In this document: in pieces, positions 1 to 11,978 of the stretch
Layout of the letters: the number at the start of each line of letters is the position of its first letter
Position numbering within the stretch: the stretch's first letter is position 1
Made by a program: the position numbers and the translations under genes
Assembly: GCA_038131935.1 (NCBI GenBank)
Contig: JAYPQH010000034.1
Coordinates: forward strand, 1-24,478
Length of the DNA: 24,478 nt
Source of the DNA: Alphaproteobacteria bacterium
Lineage (GTDB): Bacteria > Pseudomonadota > Alphaproteobacteria > UBA8317
Direction of reading: 5' to 3'
Notes under the pieces: generated by a model
The model's input: only the letters and a program-made list of their open reading frames with translations
The model's database searches: none
What the model was told of the DNA's origin: nothing

Positions 1-1206
1 AGCTGTTGCTGTGTCAGTTTAGTGCAGACATTAGGTGTCTTCACTCTGTTACCGCGGTGTTACTCTGCTCAATCATATCGATATCAGAAATGTCAGCGCG
101 CCCCATGCGCAACCGTTCCATCATGCGATACATCCAACCCGTACCCTCACGACAGGGCGTACATTGTCCACAACTTTCATGCTTATAAAAGTGCGAAAGC
201 CTTGAGATGGCAGCGATAATATCTGTCGACTTGTCCATCACAATGACAGCTGCCGTACCCAAACCGGATTGGACAGATCTAAGCGAGTCAAAATCCATGA
301 TCAAATCATCACACAAATGCAGGCAAACATGGAACAGAAGAGACCACCTGGGATAACTGCGAGCAAATTATCCCATCCCCCACGCACACCGCCTGCATGT
401 TTTTCAATCAACTCACGAAGTGTGATGCCCATCTCTTCTTCTACATTACATGGATTATTCACATGTCCAGAAATTGAAAAGACCTTCGTGCCGGTGTTAT
501 TCTCACGGCCTAGTCCTGCAAACCATGCACCACCACGGCGCAAGATTGTACCTACTACCGCAATAGACTCAACATTATTTACCGTTGTGGGGCAGCCATA
601 CAGACCTGCATTGGCAGGAAATGGAGGCTTGAGCCGAGGCATTCCTTTTTTCCCCTCAAGAGACTCAAGAAGTGCGGTCTCTTCACCACAGATGTAAGCA
701 CCAGCACCATGGTGGAGATACAGATCAAAATCCCAACCAGAACCAGCAGCATTTGGTCCAAGAAGTCCAGCATCGTAAGCCTGATCTATAGCGCGCTGCA
801 GCGCATGACGCTCAGCAATATATTCACCTCGAATATAAATATAACAAGCATGTGCAGCCATAGAGAATGACGCAAGCAAACAACCTTCAATCAACTTAAA
901 AGGTTCATTACGCATGATTTCCCGATCTTTGCAGGTTCCAGGCTCAGACTCGTCTGCGTTGACCACTAGGTAATGTGGGCGACCATCTGACTGTTTAGGC
1001 ATGAATGACCATTTAAGACCTGTTGGAAACCCTGCCCCTCCACGGCCGCGCAACCCTGATGATTTTACCTCATTAATGATCCAATCCGAACCTTTTTTGA
1101 TAAAATCAGACACTTGATCAAAATCACCGCGCGCCCGCGCGCCCGCGAGTGACGTATCTTCAAAACCATAGAGATTAGAGAAGATCCTATCTTCTGGCTG
1201 CAGCAT
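1..1206 (-). CDS. nuoF: NADH-quinone oxidoreductase subunit F (frameshifted; 3' end degraded and runs off window)
   Basis: ORF 301-1206 has [25 protein letters not shown] and [20 protein letters not shown] 41-316 continues with the N3 cluster motif [13 protein letters not shown]. One extra base near 342 (expected GGSSVPCLP). Bases 1-65 look like a scrambled EGHTICAL segment. Confidence 0.95.
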
Positions 1207-1209
1207 GGC

Positions 1210-1803
1210 TCAGACCTCCTGATGATCCATATGATGGGGAGAGGACGATGTACGACCTGCTTGCGAACCAGTTTTTACAGGATTTCCAGCACGCAAGTTT
1301 TCCAGAAGAGCCACGAAAGATTCTTCATCGAGGTCCTCATAATAATCGTCATTAATTTGCACCATTGGTGCGTTGGCACAGGCACCTAAACACTCAACTT
1401 CCAACCAAGAAAATTTACCATCCTCAGATATCTGTTTCTGTTCAGGAGAAATATATTTACGGCATAATGATGATAAACTCTCACTTCCCCGCAACCAACA
1501 AGGTGTGGTGCGGCAAATCTGAACAAAATATTGCCCAACGGGCTCCAAGTTGAACATGGTGTAAAAGGTAGCAACCTCTAAAACGCGCATTCGAGGCATA
1601 TCTAAAATATTTGCAATCGCCGCAATTGCAGCCTCTGGAATCCAACCACCACATTGTTCCTGTGCACGCCAAAGGGCGGGTATCACCGCGGAAGCCTGTC
1701 GACCCTCTGGGTACTTTGAAATTTGCTGGTTTAACCAAGTAAGGTTTTCATCAGAAAAAGCAAAATGCTCTGGTTGTTGCGCGGCAAGTCTACGAACACT
1801 CAT
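1210..1803 (-). CDS. nuoE: NADH-quinone oxidoreductase subunit E
   Basis: Intact 197 aa ORF with EVATFYTMF and the 2Fe-2S cysteines CRTTPC and [14 protein letters not shown] overlap with the nuoD stop. Confidence 0.96.
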   Translation of the reverse strand: MSVRRLAAQQPEHFAFSDENLTWLNQQISKYPEGRQASAVIPALWRAQEQCGGWIPEAAIAAIANILDMPRMRVLEVATFYTMFNLEPVGQYFVQICRTTPCWLRGSESLSSLCRKYISPEQKQISEDGKFSWLEVECLGACANAPMVQINDDYYEDLDEESFVALLENLRAGNPVKTGSQAGRTSSSPHHMDHQEV

Positions 1804-2977
1804 CGATCAATCTCTCCGAAAACAATATCTAACGAACCCAGAACGGCAGACACGTCAGCAAGCATATGCCCACGACAGAGGTAATCCATGGCCTGCAGGT
1901 GTGCGAAGCCAGGCGCACGAATCTTACAACGGTACGGTTTGTTGCTACCGTCAGAAACGAGATAAACCCCAAATTCACCTTTGGGGGCTTCTACTGCTGC
2001 ATACACCTCACCCTCTGGCACATGAAAACCTTCGGTGTACAACTTGAAATGGTGAATAAGTGCCTCCATCGAGTTCTTCATATTACCTCGTTTTGGCGGC
2101 ACATATTTGTTATTCACAGAGCTTACGGGCCCTTTTGGCATCCGCTCCAAACATTGCTTCATGATGGAGACACTTTGCTTCATTTCTTCCATCCGGCACA
2201 AATAGCGATCAAAACAATCACCATTTTTTCCGACCGGTATTTGAAAAGATAAGTCATTGTAACATTCATAAGGCTGAGCCCGCCGAAGGTCCCACGCAAG
2301 ATCCGACCCCCTAGCCATGACACCTGTTAAGCCCCAATCATAAACATCAGACTGGGTCACCACGCCAATATCAACATTGCGCTGCTTGAAAATTCGATTT
2401 TCCGTCAGCAATGCATCTATATCATCAAGGATCGCGGGAAATTCTTCGCAAAAGGTTGCGATATCATCGAGCAGATCGCCTGGAAGGTCCTGATGGACAC
2501 CACCAGGGCGGAAGTAAGCAGCATGCATTCGAGAACCGGAAGCGCGCTCATAAAAGACCATCAACTTCTCGCGCTCTTCAAAGCCCCAAAGTGGTGGTGT
2601 TAGAGCCCCAACATCCATTGCTTGGGTTGTAACATTTAAAAGGTGACTCAGCAGACGGCCGATTTCAGAATAGAGAACCCGGATATACTGACCACGTTCT
2701 GGGACCTCAAGACCAAGAAGCTTCTCAATAGCAAGGCAATATGCATGCTCTGATTCATAGGTGCGACATAGTCGAGACGATCGAAATAAGGGAGCGCCTG
2801 AAGATAAGTTTTATGCTCGATTAGCTTTTCAGTGCCACGATGCAATAGCCCAATATGTGGATCAACACGCTCCACAACCTCACCATCCAACTCAACAACC
2901 AAGCGCAAAACACCATGAGCTGCAGGGTGTTGAGGTCCAAAATTAATGGAAAAATTTTTAATTTGATGTTCAGCCAT
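1800..2977 (-). CDS. nuoD: NADH-quinone oxidoreductase subunit D (one frameshift near 2750)
   Basis: N-terminus [15 protein letters not shown]...LHRGTEKL...DRLDY; C-terminus EAPKGE...[17 protein letters not shown] is read where CAG GAG CAT (QEH) is expected, i.e. one G is missing. Confidence 0.95.
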
Positions 2978-3591
2978 GTGACTCACCGTTGCCTGACGCC
3001 TTTTCATCACCAGGCAATTTCGTGGGCGTCATTGACTCCCAACTGCTCAAGTAATCAAAAGACCGATACTCCTGAACCAATGTGACAGGCTCATATACAA
3101 CACGCTTTTCTAAATCGTCGTAACGCACTTCGACATGTCCCGTAAGTGGAAAGTCCTTGCGTAGTGGATATCCACGAAATCCGTAATCCGTCAGAATTCT
3201 TCGCAAATCCGGATGATCGGTAAATTCTACACCATACATGTCGAATATCTCGCGCTCATACCAGTTTGCAGGAAATAACGCTGAACGGCTGAGGAACAAC
3301 TTCGTTTTCACCAACTTGTATACGAACCCGAACGCGTTGATTTGATTGCTTAGAAAGCTGATAAAATGAGGTTGAATCGCTTTTCTCGTTGGGGATAGTC
3401 AACAGCCACCACGTCCAACAACTGCCCAAGCAACAACTGATGATCATCACGAAGGCTACGCAAAACCGATGTAACCCTTTTGGCATCTGTTTTTACCGTA
3501 ATCGCACCCTGAATACTTGATCTTGTTCAATCTCTACATCTTTATCCAAGCAGTTCGACAACCAAACCAAGACATCGCCATCAACAGACAT
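2970..3591 (-). CDS. nuoC: NADH-quinone oxidoreductase subunit C (several frameshifts in the 5' half)
   Basis: C-terminal [13 protein letters not shown]...[25 protein letters not shown]. Upstream fragments in shifting frames read [16 protein letters not shown] and [10 protein letters not shown]. The ATG at 3591 is approximate. Confidence 0.9.
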
Positions 3592-3599
3592 CTCTCTCA

Positions 3600-4140
<541 letters not shown>

Positions 4141-4143
4141 AAT

Positions 4144-4509
4144 TCACTCCCACTCAAGCGCACCGCGCTTTCCACTGTAAACAAAGCCAACTGTTAAAAC
4201 AGCCAAGAAAACCATCATCGAAAAGAAACCCGCGGGACCGATTTCCTCGAGGACCAGTGCCCAGGGAAAAAGAAACGCGATTTCAAGGTCAAAAATGATG
4301 AAAAGAATAGAGACAAGGTAGAACCGCACATCGAACTTCATTCGAGAATCATTAAAGGGGTTAAAGCCACACTCATAAGCTGAGAGCTTTTCCTTATCAG
4401 GTGAAGATGGAGCAAGAATATATGCAGCCGCCATAAAAGCACCGCCAAGTGCCAAAGCGACCCCAAGAAAAAGGACAATCGGAAGATACTCTGCCGCTAA
4501 CGTACCCAT
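4144..4509 (-). CDS. nuoA: NADH-quinone oxidoreductase subunit A
   Basis: 121 aa with three hydrophobic segments, [20 protein letters not shown] and C-terminal GALEWE. GAGGT Shine-Dalgarno upstream. Confidence 0.96.
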   Translation of the reverse strand: MGTLAAEYLPIVLFLGVALALGGAFMAAAYILAPSSPDKEKLSAYECGFNPFNDSRMKFDVRFYLVSILFIIFDLEIAFLFPWALVLEEIGPAGFFSMMVFLAVLTVGFVYSGKRGALEWE

Positions 4510-4729
4510 TACACCTCACTTTTTATTTTTGTTTTGAAGTTCGTATTACACAAAGAAAAAAAATACAAACCTTGACAAGCAATCTCAGCAAAAAGGTCGC
4601 ATCTTCGTATGATGCATCCGCAAACTTAGGCCGTAAAAAGAAAGACAAAAAAGAAGGAGCCTCTGCCAACCAGCAGATACCTAAGGAATAACATTGATGG
4701 AAGATTGGTATAATGTATTTTGTTTTTAC

Positions 4730-4806
4730 TGGCGGGAGTGACGGGGCTCGAACCCGCGACCTCCGGCGTGACAGGCCGGCACTCTAACCAACTGAGCTAC
4801 ACCCCC
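4730..4806 (-). tRNA. tRNA-Asp(GTC)
   Basis: Reverse complement GGGGGTGTAGCTCAGTTGGTTAGAGTGCCGGCCTGTCACGCCGGAGGTCGCGGGTTCGAGCCCCGTCACTCCCGCCA folds as a cloverleaf with anticodon GTC and encoded CCA. Confidence 0.96.
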
Positions 4807-4835
4807 AGTAAAAACAACTCTTAATGCACACCATA

Positions 4836-4911
<76 letters not shown>

Positions 4912-4938
4912 GGCACCAGAAGCCCCGATAGGCACGAA

Positions 4939-4968
4939 GTCCTATTTTGGACTGCACGTGCCTGTCAA
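4939..4968 (-). promoter_or_regulatory. Putative sigma70 promoter for tRNA-Val/tRNA-Asp
   Basis: Perfect TTGACA on the minus strand at 4968-4963, an 18 nt spacer and a weak -10 (TAGGAC), about 27 nt upstream of tRNA-Val. Confidence 0.45.
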
Positions 4969-4975
4969 GTATATT

Positions 4976-5251
4976 TTACCCGTTAAGGGAATCTTTTAGA
5001 GCTTTAAATGCTTTAAATTTTGGTTGAGTCGATGCAGCAATTGTCATTTTCTCACCCGTGCGTGGATTCCGCCCTTCACGCTCTTTGGTTTGGGACGCAG
5101 AAAATATTCCAAAACCAGTAACGCGAACCTCAACACCTTTACCCATCTCTTCAGCAATAATTGCAAAGAGTGAATCAACAGCTTTCTGTGCATCAGCACG
5201 AGTCATAGACTCACGATCCGCAAGCGCATTAGAGAGTTCAGTTTTATTCAT
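4976..5251 (-). CDS. hupB: DNA-binding protein HU
   Basis: 91 aa with MNKTEL, GFGIF and GRNPRTGE...PKFKA HU/IHF signature. GGAGG RBS; canonical position after lon. Confidence 0.93.
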   Translation of the reverse strand: MNKTELSNALADRESMTRADAQKAVDSLFAIIAEEMGKGVEVRVTGFGIFSASQTKEREGRNPRTGEKMTIAASTQPKFKAFKALKDSLNG

Positions 5252-5280
5252 TGTATTTACCTCCGTTAGAAAACGGGACT

Positions 5281-5310
5281 ACGTTACGTAATAAGAATAA
5301 CAAAAGTCAA
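5281..5310 (-). promoter_or_regulatory. Putative sigma70 promoter of HU
   Basis: Minus strand TTGACT-N18-TAACGT in the lon-HU spacer. Confidence 0.35.
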
Positions 5311-5334
5311 AGGCAAAAAGGCTTAAACAAGCCC

Positions 5335-7732
5335 TTAATGAGCCATTTGTGACGAAATTTTTTCTTGACTTTTTGCAGCCTTCTCTTGATCGAACAACTC
5401 CCAAGACCAATCGATAGCTGACAATGGCTCTGTCAAAGCCACCTCAATTACATCAGAAATGTCTTCTACCGCGACAATAGACAGGGTATTTTTTACCACA
5501 TCTGGTATCTCATCAAGATCTTTTTCGTTTTCTTTTGGGATTATTGCTGTTTTAATTCCACCTCGCACGGCCGCCAGTAACTTCTCCTTCAATCCACCGA
5601 TGGGCAAAACACGGCCTCGAGTGTAATTTCACCTGTCATCGCTACATCCCGCCGCACTGGAATGCCTGTCAGCATAGATACAATTGATGTCACCATCGCC
5701 ACACCAGCTGATGGGCCATCTTTGGAGTCGCGCCTTCTGGAACGTGAACATGGATATCTCTCGTTTCAAAAACTTTTGGGTTAATTCCCAATTGTGGCGC
5801 TCGTGCCCTTACCAAGCTGGCAGCAGCTTCGATAGATTCTTTCATGACATCGCCTAATTTTCCGGTGGCTGTCATTTTACCTTTGCCTGGCAACATAACC
5901 GATTCTATGGCCAGTAAGTCACCACCCACCTCCGTCCAAGCCAAACCAGTTGTCACACCAACCAAGTCACTAGCTTCCGCCAGACCAAATCTAAACTTTT
6001 TAACACCCGAAAATTCAGCAAGGTTGTCCTTTGTCACCTCAACAAAACTTGATTCCTGAGCTTCAAGTTTTTTGACAGCTTTGCGACAAATCTTGGAAAT
6101 TTCTCGCTCTAAATTTCGCACCCCAGCTTCTCTGGTATAGGTGCGAATAAGTTCGACAACACCATCTCTTGATAAGTGGAATTCTTTATCATTGAGTTTA
6201 TGGTTTTTTAGCTGCCTTGGAATAAGATGCCTGTGCGCAATTTCCAACTTTTCTTCTTCGGTGTAACCCGCGATACGAATGATTTCCATCCTATCCAGCA
6301 AAGGCCCCGGCATATTCAATGAATTTGCCGTCGTTATAAACATAACTTGCGAAAGATCATAATCGACTTCCAAGTAATGATCAGCGAAGGTTGAATTTTG
6401 CTCAGGATCCAATACCTCTAACAATGCCGAGCCTGGGTCACCACGGAAATCTTGACCCATTTTGTCTATTTCATCCAATAAAAACAATGGATTACTCGTC
6501 TTTGCCTTCTTCATAGACTGTATGATTTTTCCAGGCATTGATCCTATATATGTGCGGCGATGACCGCGTATTTCCGCTTCATCACGCACACCGCCAAGTG
6601 AAACACGGATGAACTCACGTCCTGTTGCCTCAGCCATAGCTTTACCTAAAGATGTCTTACCTACACCCGGAGGACCAACCAAGCACAGTATGGGTCCTTT
6701 CGCGCCACCGGTGCGTTTTTGCACCGCGAGGAATTCAACGATGCGTTCTTTGACCTTCTCGAGGCCATAATGTCCATCATCAAGAATGCTTTCAGCTTTT
6801 TGGATAGCTATCTTTTTTCGCGATTTTTTACCCCAAGGAATACCAATCAACCAATCAAGATAGTTTCTTACGACCGTTGCTTCTGCTGACATAGGGGACA
6901 TCATCTTAAGCTTCTTTAATTCTGCTTGCGCCTTTTCCCTTGCCTCTTTTGATAGCTTGGTTTTGTTGATGCGTTCCTCAAGCTCATCAATATCAGATCG
7001 ACCGTCATCTCCCTCACCAAGCTCACGTTGAATGGCCTTCATCTGCTCATTAAGGTAATATTCTCGCTGCGTTTTTTCCATTTGCCGTTTTACGCGATTT
7101 CTTATCCGCTTTTCCACCTGCAAAACAGAAATTTCACCTTCCATGTGGCCTAAAACTTTTTCCAAACGCTCATTCAATGAGAGCGTTTCAAGGATCTCCT
7201 GCTTTACATCGATTTTCGCAGAAAGATGGCCACCCATCATATCAACAAGTTGCTCTGGGTCTTCGACTTCACGAAGTTTTTCGATCAGCTCTTGGGACAT
7301 TTTTTTGTTCAATTTTGCGTACTGATCAAATTGTTCATGAATCGCACGCATTAATGCCAGGGCCTCTGTTTCATCGGTTGTTTGATTATCCAAAGCTTCT
7401 GCTTCAGCTTCAAAAAAATCATCTTCACGCGTGAAACTCTTAACTTTTGCGCGTTGCTGACCTTCCACAAGCACCTTAACTGTTCCATCTGGCAGCTTGA
7501 GAAGTTGTAGGATGCTTGCAACCGTTCCAACGTCATACAAATCTTCACTTGCTGGCTCATCCTGTGAATGGTCACGTTGGGTCAGAAGCAAAATTTGCTT
7601 TTCCTCATTGAGAACTTGTTCGAGGGCAACGACAGATTTTTCCCTACCCACAAATAGAGGTACAACCATATGGGGAAAAACAACGATGTCACGTAGGGGC
7701 AATACAGGAAGTGTTAAAGAAGTCATGGGCAT
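5335..7732 (-). CDS. lon: ATP-dependent Lon protease (frameshifts near 5720 and 5620)
   Basis: [11 protein letters not shown]-domain, Walker [28 protein letters not shown] then DGPSAG in a shifted frame, and [12 protein letters not shown] in ORF 5335-5607. Confidence 0.96.
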
Positions 7733-7757
7733 CTCTCAGAATAAACTATCTACGTTG

Positions 7758-7785
7758 ATGTGGGTACACTTGGAAAGATAATCAA
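7758..7785 (-). promoter_or_regulatory. Possible RpoH (sigma32)-type promoter upstream of lon
   Basis: Minus strand TTGA...CCCACAT resembles heat-shock -35/-10 elements, and lon is commonly RpoH-controlled. The match is by eye only. Confidence 0.3.
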
Positions 7786-7787
7786 TA

Positions 7788-9054
7788 TTAACCGACATCT
7801 TCCCTGCGGTCGGTATGTATCAAAAGCGGCTTTGCCCGCCCCTCAACAACCTCGGCATTGATGACCACCTCAACAACCGTCGTGTAGCTCGGCAAATCAA
7901 ACATAATATCAAGCAAAATAGCTTCCATTATAGATCGCAAACCTCTGGCACCTGTTTTGCGTGCAATCGCTTTGCGAGCAATAGCAAGCAAAGCATCATC
8001 AGAAAAATTCAAGGCCACGTCTTCCATTTCAAACAAACGCTGATACTGCTTGACCAAAAGCATTCTTGGGCTGAGATAGAATTTCAACCAAAGCTGCCTC
8101 ATCTAGATCTTCTAACGTAGCTAAAACAGGCAAACGACCGATAAACTCGGGTATCAAACCAAATTTTAAAAGATCTTCTGGCTCTAAATTTTTAAGGAGC
8201 TCACCTGTACCACGATCTTCAGCGGGTGAAACACGTGCCCCAAACCCAATGGATGACTTAGCACTACGATCCGCAATAATTTTCTCTAATCCTGCGAATG
8301 CACCACCACAAATAAATAAAATATTGGTTGTATCTACCTGCAAAAATTCCTGTTGCGGGTGCTTTCGTCCACCTTGCGGAGGCACAGATGCAATAGTGCC
8401 CTCCATGATCTTTAACAGCGCCTGCTGAACGCCCTCACCACTTACATCCCTTGTAATCGATGGGTTTTCTGATTTCCGCGTAATTTTATCTACTTCATCA
8501 ATGTAGACGATGCCACGCTGTGCCCGTTCAACGTTAAAATCTGAGGCTTGTAGCAATTTGAGAATAATGTTCTCGACATCCTCACCCACATACCCTGCCT
8601 CCGTTAACGTCGTTGCGTCAGCCATCGTGAAAGGAACATCTAATGTACGCGCCAATGTCTGGGCGAGAAGCGTTTTGCCACTACCAGTGGGCCCGAGCAG
8701 CAAGATATTGGACTTCGCCAATTCTACTTCACTTCCCTTCGCACCATGGGCCAGTCGCTTGTAATGGTTATGAACAGCGACGGAGAGCACACGTTTGGCA
8801 CTATTTTGACCAATAACATAATCATCCAGCACAGCCATGATTTCAGCTGGCGTAGGTACACCGTCTTTAGATTTTACTGCCGCTGCCTTATTCTCTTCAC
8901 GGATAATATCCATACAGAGGGCTACGCACTCATCACAAATAAAAACGGTTGGTCCAGCTATAAGCTTTTTTACCTCATGCTGACTTTTACCGCAGAATGA
9001 ACAATACAGCGTGTTTTTTCCATCACCATTAGACGAATTGCCAATTTTACTCAT
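7788..9054 (-). CDS. clpX: ATP-dependent Clp protease ATP-binding subunit ClpX (frameshift near 8057)
   Basis: Zn-binding CSFC...CDEC, Walker [19 protein letters not shown] loop and C-terminal [11 protein letters not shown]. An extra T in a homopolymer (GCTTTTGGTC vs expected ALVKQY). Confidence 0.96.
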
Positions 9055-9110
9055 TCCATCTCCTTCATTCCAACCTCATGGAAACATGACGAGCCAAGAC
9101 AAGCAAGTCG

Positions 9111-9740
9111 TTAAGAGGTCGATATGTTTTTTTCCATTGAGGACCTTGATGAGACCACATCATCAACAAGCCCAAATTCTTTTGCTTCCTCTGCAGTCAT
9201 GAATGTATCACGATCAAGCGCTTCTTCAATTTTTTCAATCGCCTGACCCGTATGAGTTACATAAATATCATTCAAGCGGCGCTTCAGTGACAATATTTCC
9301 TGTGCGTGCCGTTCGATATCAGAGGCCTGCCCCTGAAATCCACCAGAGGGCTGATGCACCATCACACGAGCGTTTGGAAGCGCATATCTTTGCCCCTTTG
9401 CACCACCGGCTAGAAGCAGAGAACCCATAGATGCTGCCTGTCCCATACATAGGGTTGCAACAGGACATTCTATATATTGCATGGTATCGTAAATAGACAT
9501 GCCAGCTGTCACCACACCACCTGGAGAATTGATGTAAAGATATATTGTCTTTTTTGGATTCTCAGCCTCAAGGAACAACAATTGCGCACAGATAAGGCTC
9601 GCCATATCATCATGAACGGGCCCCGTTAAAAAGATAATGCGCTCCTTCAGCAACCTGGAGTAAATGTCATAGGCTCTTTCCCCGCGGTTAGATTGCTCCA
9701 CCACCATCGGAACTAAGCTCATTAAGGTCTCCTGGTTCAT
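9111..9740 (-). CDS. clpP: ATP-dependent Clp protease proteolytic subunit
   Basis: [21 protein letters not shown], catalytic AASMG (Ser), HQP (His) and DRD (Asp). The ATG overlaps the tig stop (TGATG). Confidence 0.97.
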   Translation of the reverse strand: MNQETLMSLVPMVVEQSNRGERAYDIYSRLLKERIIFLTGPVHDDMASLICAQLLFLEAENPKKTIYLYINSPGGVVTAGMSIYDTMQYIECPVATLCMGQAASMGSLLLAGGAKGQRYALPNARVMVHQPSGGFQGQASDIERHAQEILSLKRRLNDIYVTHTGQAIEKIEEALDRDTFMTAEEAKEFGLVDDVVSSRSSMEKNISTS

Positions 9741-11137
9741 CACTGCTCCAATCTCTCTTGCATATCATTTTTGCTCAACGTGAGGTTTGTAACCTCCGCA
9801 ACGGCCATTATGAAATCTACAACCTTATCTTCAAAAATTGGTCCACGAAATTGCTCTAGCATTTCGTTATTTTCTTTGACATACTTGATGAAGGCCTGTT
9901 CTTGTCCAGGATAACGCCTTGCCTCTTCAGCAACACGCTGACTCAGCTCCTCATTTGACACCGTAATTCCGTTCCGTCGTCCAAATTCAGCCAACGCCAA
10001 GCCAAGTTTTACACGGCGGGCTGCTAATGCCTTGTCCTCGTCTGTCACTTCCAACTCACTAGATGCATCGTCTCCATGATCGTGATCGTGGTCATGATCG
10101 TGGTCATGATCGTGGTCGTGATCGTGATCGTGGTCGTGGTCATGATCATGGTCATGCTGTTGGGCCTGGCCGCTCTCGCCTCTCATCTGTTGCGCAATGG
10201 CTTTTGCCTCTTGCTCCACCAAAGATTCTGGCAATGTGATATCGATTTGCTCGTCGAGAAGGTCGAGCAAGGATCTCTTTGCAAGAAGCCTGCTTCTACC
10301 ATCGAACTCTTGTTGCACACGCTCAGCAACCAAAGATTTAAGCTGGGCTAAGTCCTCTAAACCGAGTGATTGAGCCAATTCGTCAGAAGGACCCTTGGTT
10401 TCTGGCTTTTCTGACTTTTTGATAACCACTTCAAAAACAGCATCTTTACCTGCCAGGTTTTCAGCTTGGTAATCTTCTGGGAACGTCACGTTCACGTTAA
10501 CCGTCTCACCAGGTTTCTTTTTTAACAATTGATCTTCAAACCCAGGGATGAAGGCGCCACTGCCAAGAATCAAACGGAAATCCTCGGCGCTGCCACCTTC
10601 AAACAATTCACCATCGATACTTCCTTTAAAGTCAATGGTTAGTGCGTCACCATTCTGCGCCATGCGTTTGGTTTCAACAAATGTCGCATTTTCCTGAGCA
10701 ATTCTATTCAGAGCCTCTTCAACTTCCGCAGATAGCTCTTCCTCAGAGACGGTAGGACGCTCGATTTTCATTTTAGAAAATTCCACCTCCGGGATTTCTG
10801 GCAAAACGTCCACTTCCACCTTTAAAACCAATTCTTGTCCTTCAGCAAACTCTAAAATTTCAACCTTTGGTTGCATTGTTTGACCAAGATTTTGCTGCTC
10901 GATGCAGGCGCGTACAGATTCATCCACGGTCTTTGATAGAACCTCACCCATCAACCTTTGACCATAGGTTTTCCGCAAGTAAGACACAGGCACTTTTCCA
11001 GGTCGAAAACCTTTCAACTGAACAGTTTGCGAAAACTCGGTGAGTTGCGCACTTAATTCATCCTCAATAGCAGACGCCGGTACTGTAATCTTATACTCTT
11101 TGGAAAGCTGTTCATCGCGAACAATATCTACATTCAT
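9740..11137 (-). CDS. tig: Trigger factor with His-Asp-rich insertion
   Basis: Ribosome-binding signature [12 protein letters not shown] domain ([15 protein letters not shown]...FIPGFEDQL...VTFPEDY) and C-terminal RRVKLGL...FEDKVVDFI. Confidence 0.96.
   Translation of the reverse strand: MNVDIVRDEQLSKEYKITVPASAIEDELSAQLTEFSQTVQLKGFRPGKVPVSYLRKTYGQRLMGEVLSKTVDESVRACIEQQNLGQTMQPKVEILEFAEGQELVLKVEVDVLPEIPEVEFSKMKIERPTVSEEELSAEVEEALNRIAQENATFVETKRMAQNGDALTIDFKGSIDGELFEGGSAEDFRLILGSGAFIPGFEDQLLKKKPGETVNVNVTFPEDYQAENLAGKDAVFEVVIKKSEKPETKGPSDELAQSLGLEDLAQLKSLVAERVQQEFDGRSRLLAKRSLLDLLDEQIDITLPESLVEQEAKAIAQQMRGESGQAQQHDHDHDHDHDHDHDHDHDHDHDHDHDHGDDASSELEVTDEDKALAARRVKLGLALAEFGRRNGITVSNEELSQRVAEEARRYPGQEQAFIKYVKENNEMLEQFRGPIFEDKVVDFIMAVAEVTNLTLSKNDMQERLEQ
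10076..10156 (-). repeat. Degenerate 6-bp tandem repeat encoding (His-Asp)13-His within tig
   Basis: 81 nt of CAY-GAY codons (plus strand RTC-RTG). The 12-mer GATCGTGGTCAT is duplicated exactly at 10084-10107. Confidence 0.95.
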
Positions 11138-11228
11138 GGTCCATTACCTCTAAATTGTCTTAGGCCATGGCTTGGCCTACTGCGTACAAAAATGGCAAGA
11201 ATTTCCTGGAATCGAAGTTTTGTTGCCT

Positions 11229-11313
<85 letters not shown>

Positions 11314-11475
11314 TCTCAAGACAACAACCAACGAAGAGACCTCTCAAAGACAACTAACATGCCCTAAAGAACTGTTCGACGTTGGCCAAGTAGCAAGCCC
11401 GAACGTCGTCCATAACTGGGGACCTTCATGTTCGCAAGACATATAACTGGTCAAAGCACATGAAAACCCCTAAAA

Positions 11476-11534
11476 TGCACGAAACACAGGCACTCAACAT
11501 ATTTGTTGGGTAGAATGTGCATAATTTTTAAGCA
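11476..11534 (+). promoter_or_regulatory. Two putative NtrC-binding boxes (TGC-N11-GCA) upstream of glnB
   Basis: TGCACGAAACACAGGCA at 11476-11492 and TGCATAATTTTTAAGCA at 11518-11534, 42 bp apart, upstream of a classic NtrC target operon. Confidence 0.55.
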
Positions 11535-11585
11535 ACAAGCAAGCACCAAGCTACTTGCACAATGCTCGTAGCGTACAATACTTAA

Positions 11586-11951
<366 letters not shown>

Positions 11952-11978
11952 TAGAACAACCATTAGTTGGAGATAAAT

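Noticed and set aside
4510-4729. Integrated element, att site or sRNA downstream of tRNA-Asp
   Set aside because: No integrase or duplicated tRNA 3' end is visible. The 220 bp AT-rich spacer is adequately explained as the nuo promoter and leader, and it contains only a 5-bp hairpin (GCATC...GATGC).
5600-8100. Programmed ribosomal frameshifting in lon or clpX
   Set aside because: I saw no convincing slippery heptamer with a downstream structure. The indels match the window-wide error pattern.
10076-10156. CRISPR-like array
   Set aside because: The repeat has a 6-bp period, no spacers, and lies in frame within a CDS.
10076-10351. Plus-strand hydrophobic [13 protein letters not shown]... resembling a membrane peptide
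   Set aside because: It is the antisense shadow of the His-Asp codons in tig, with no independent coding evidence.
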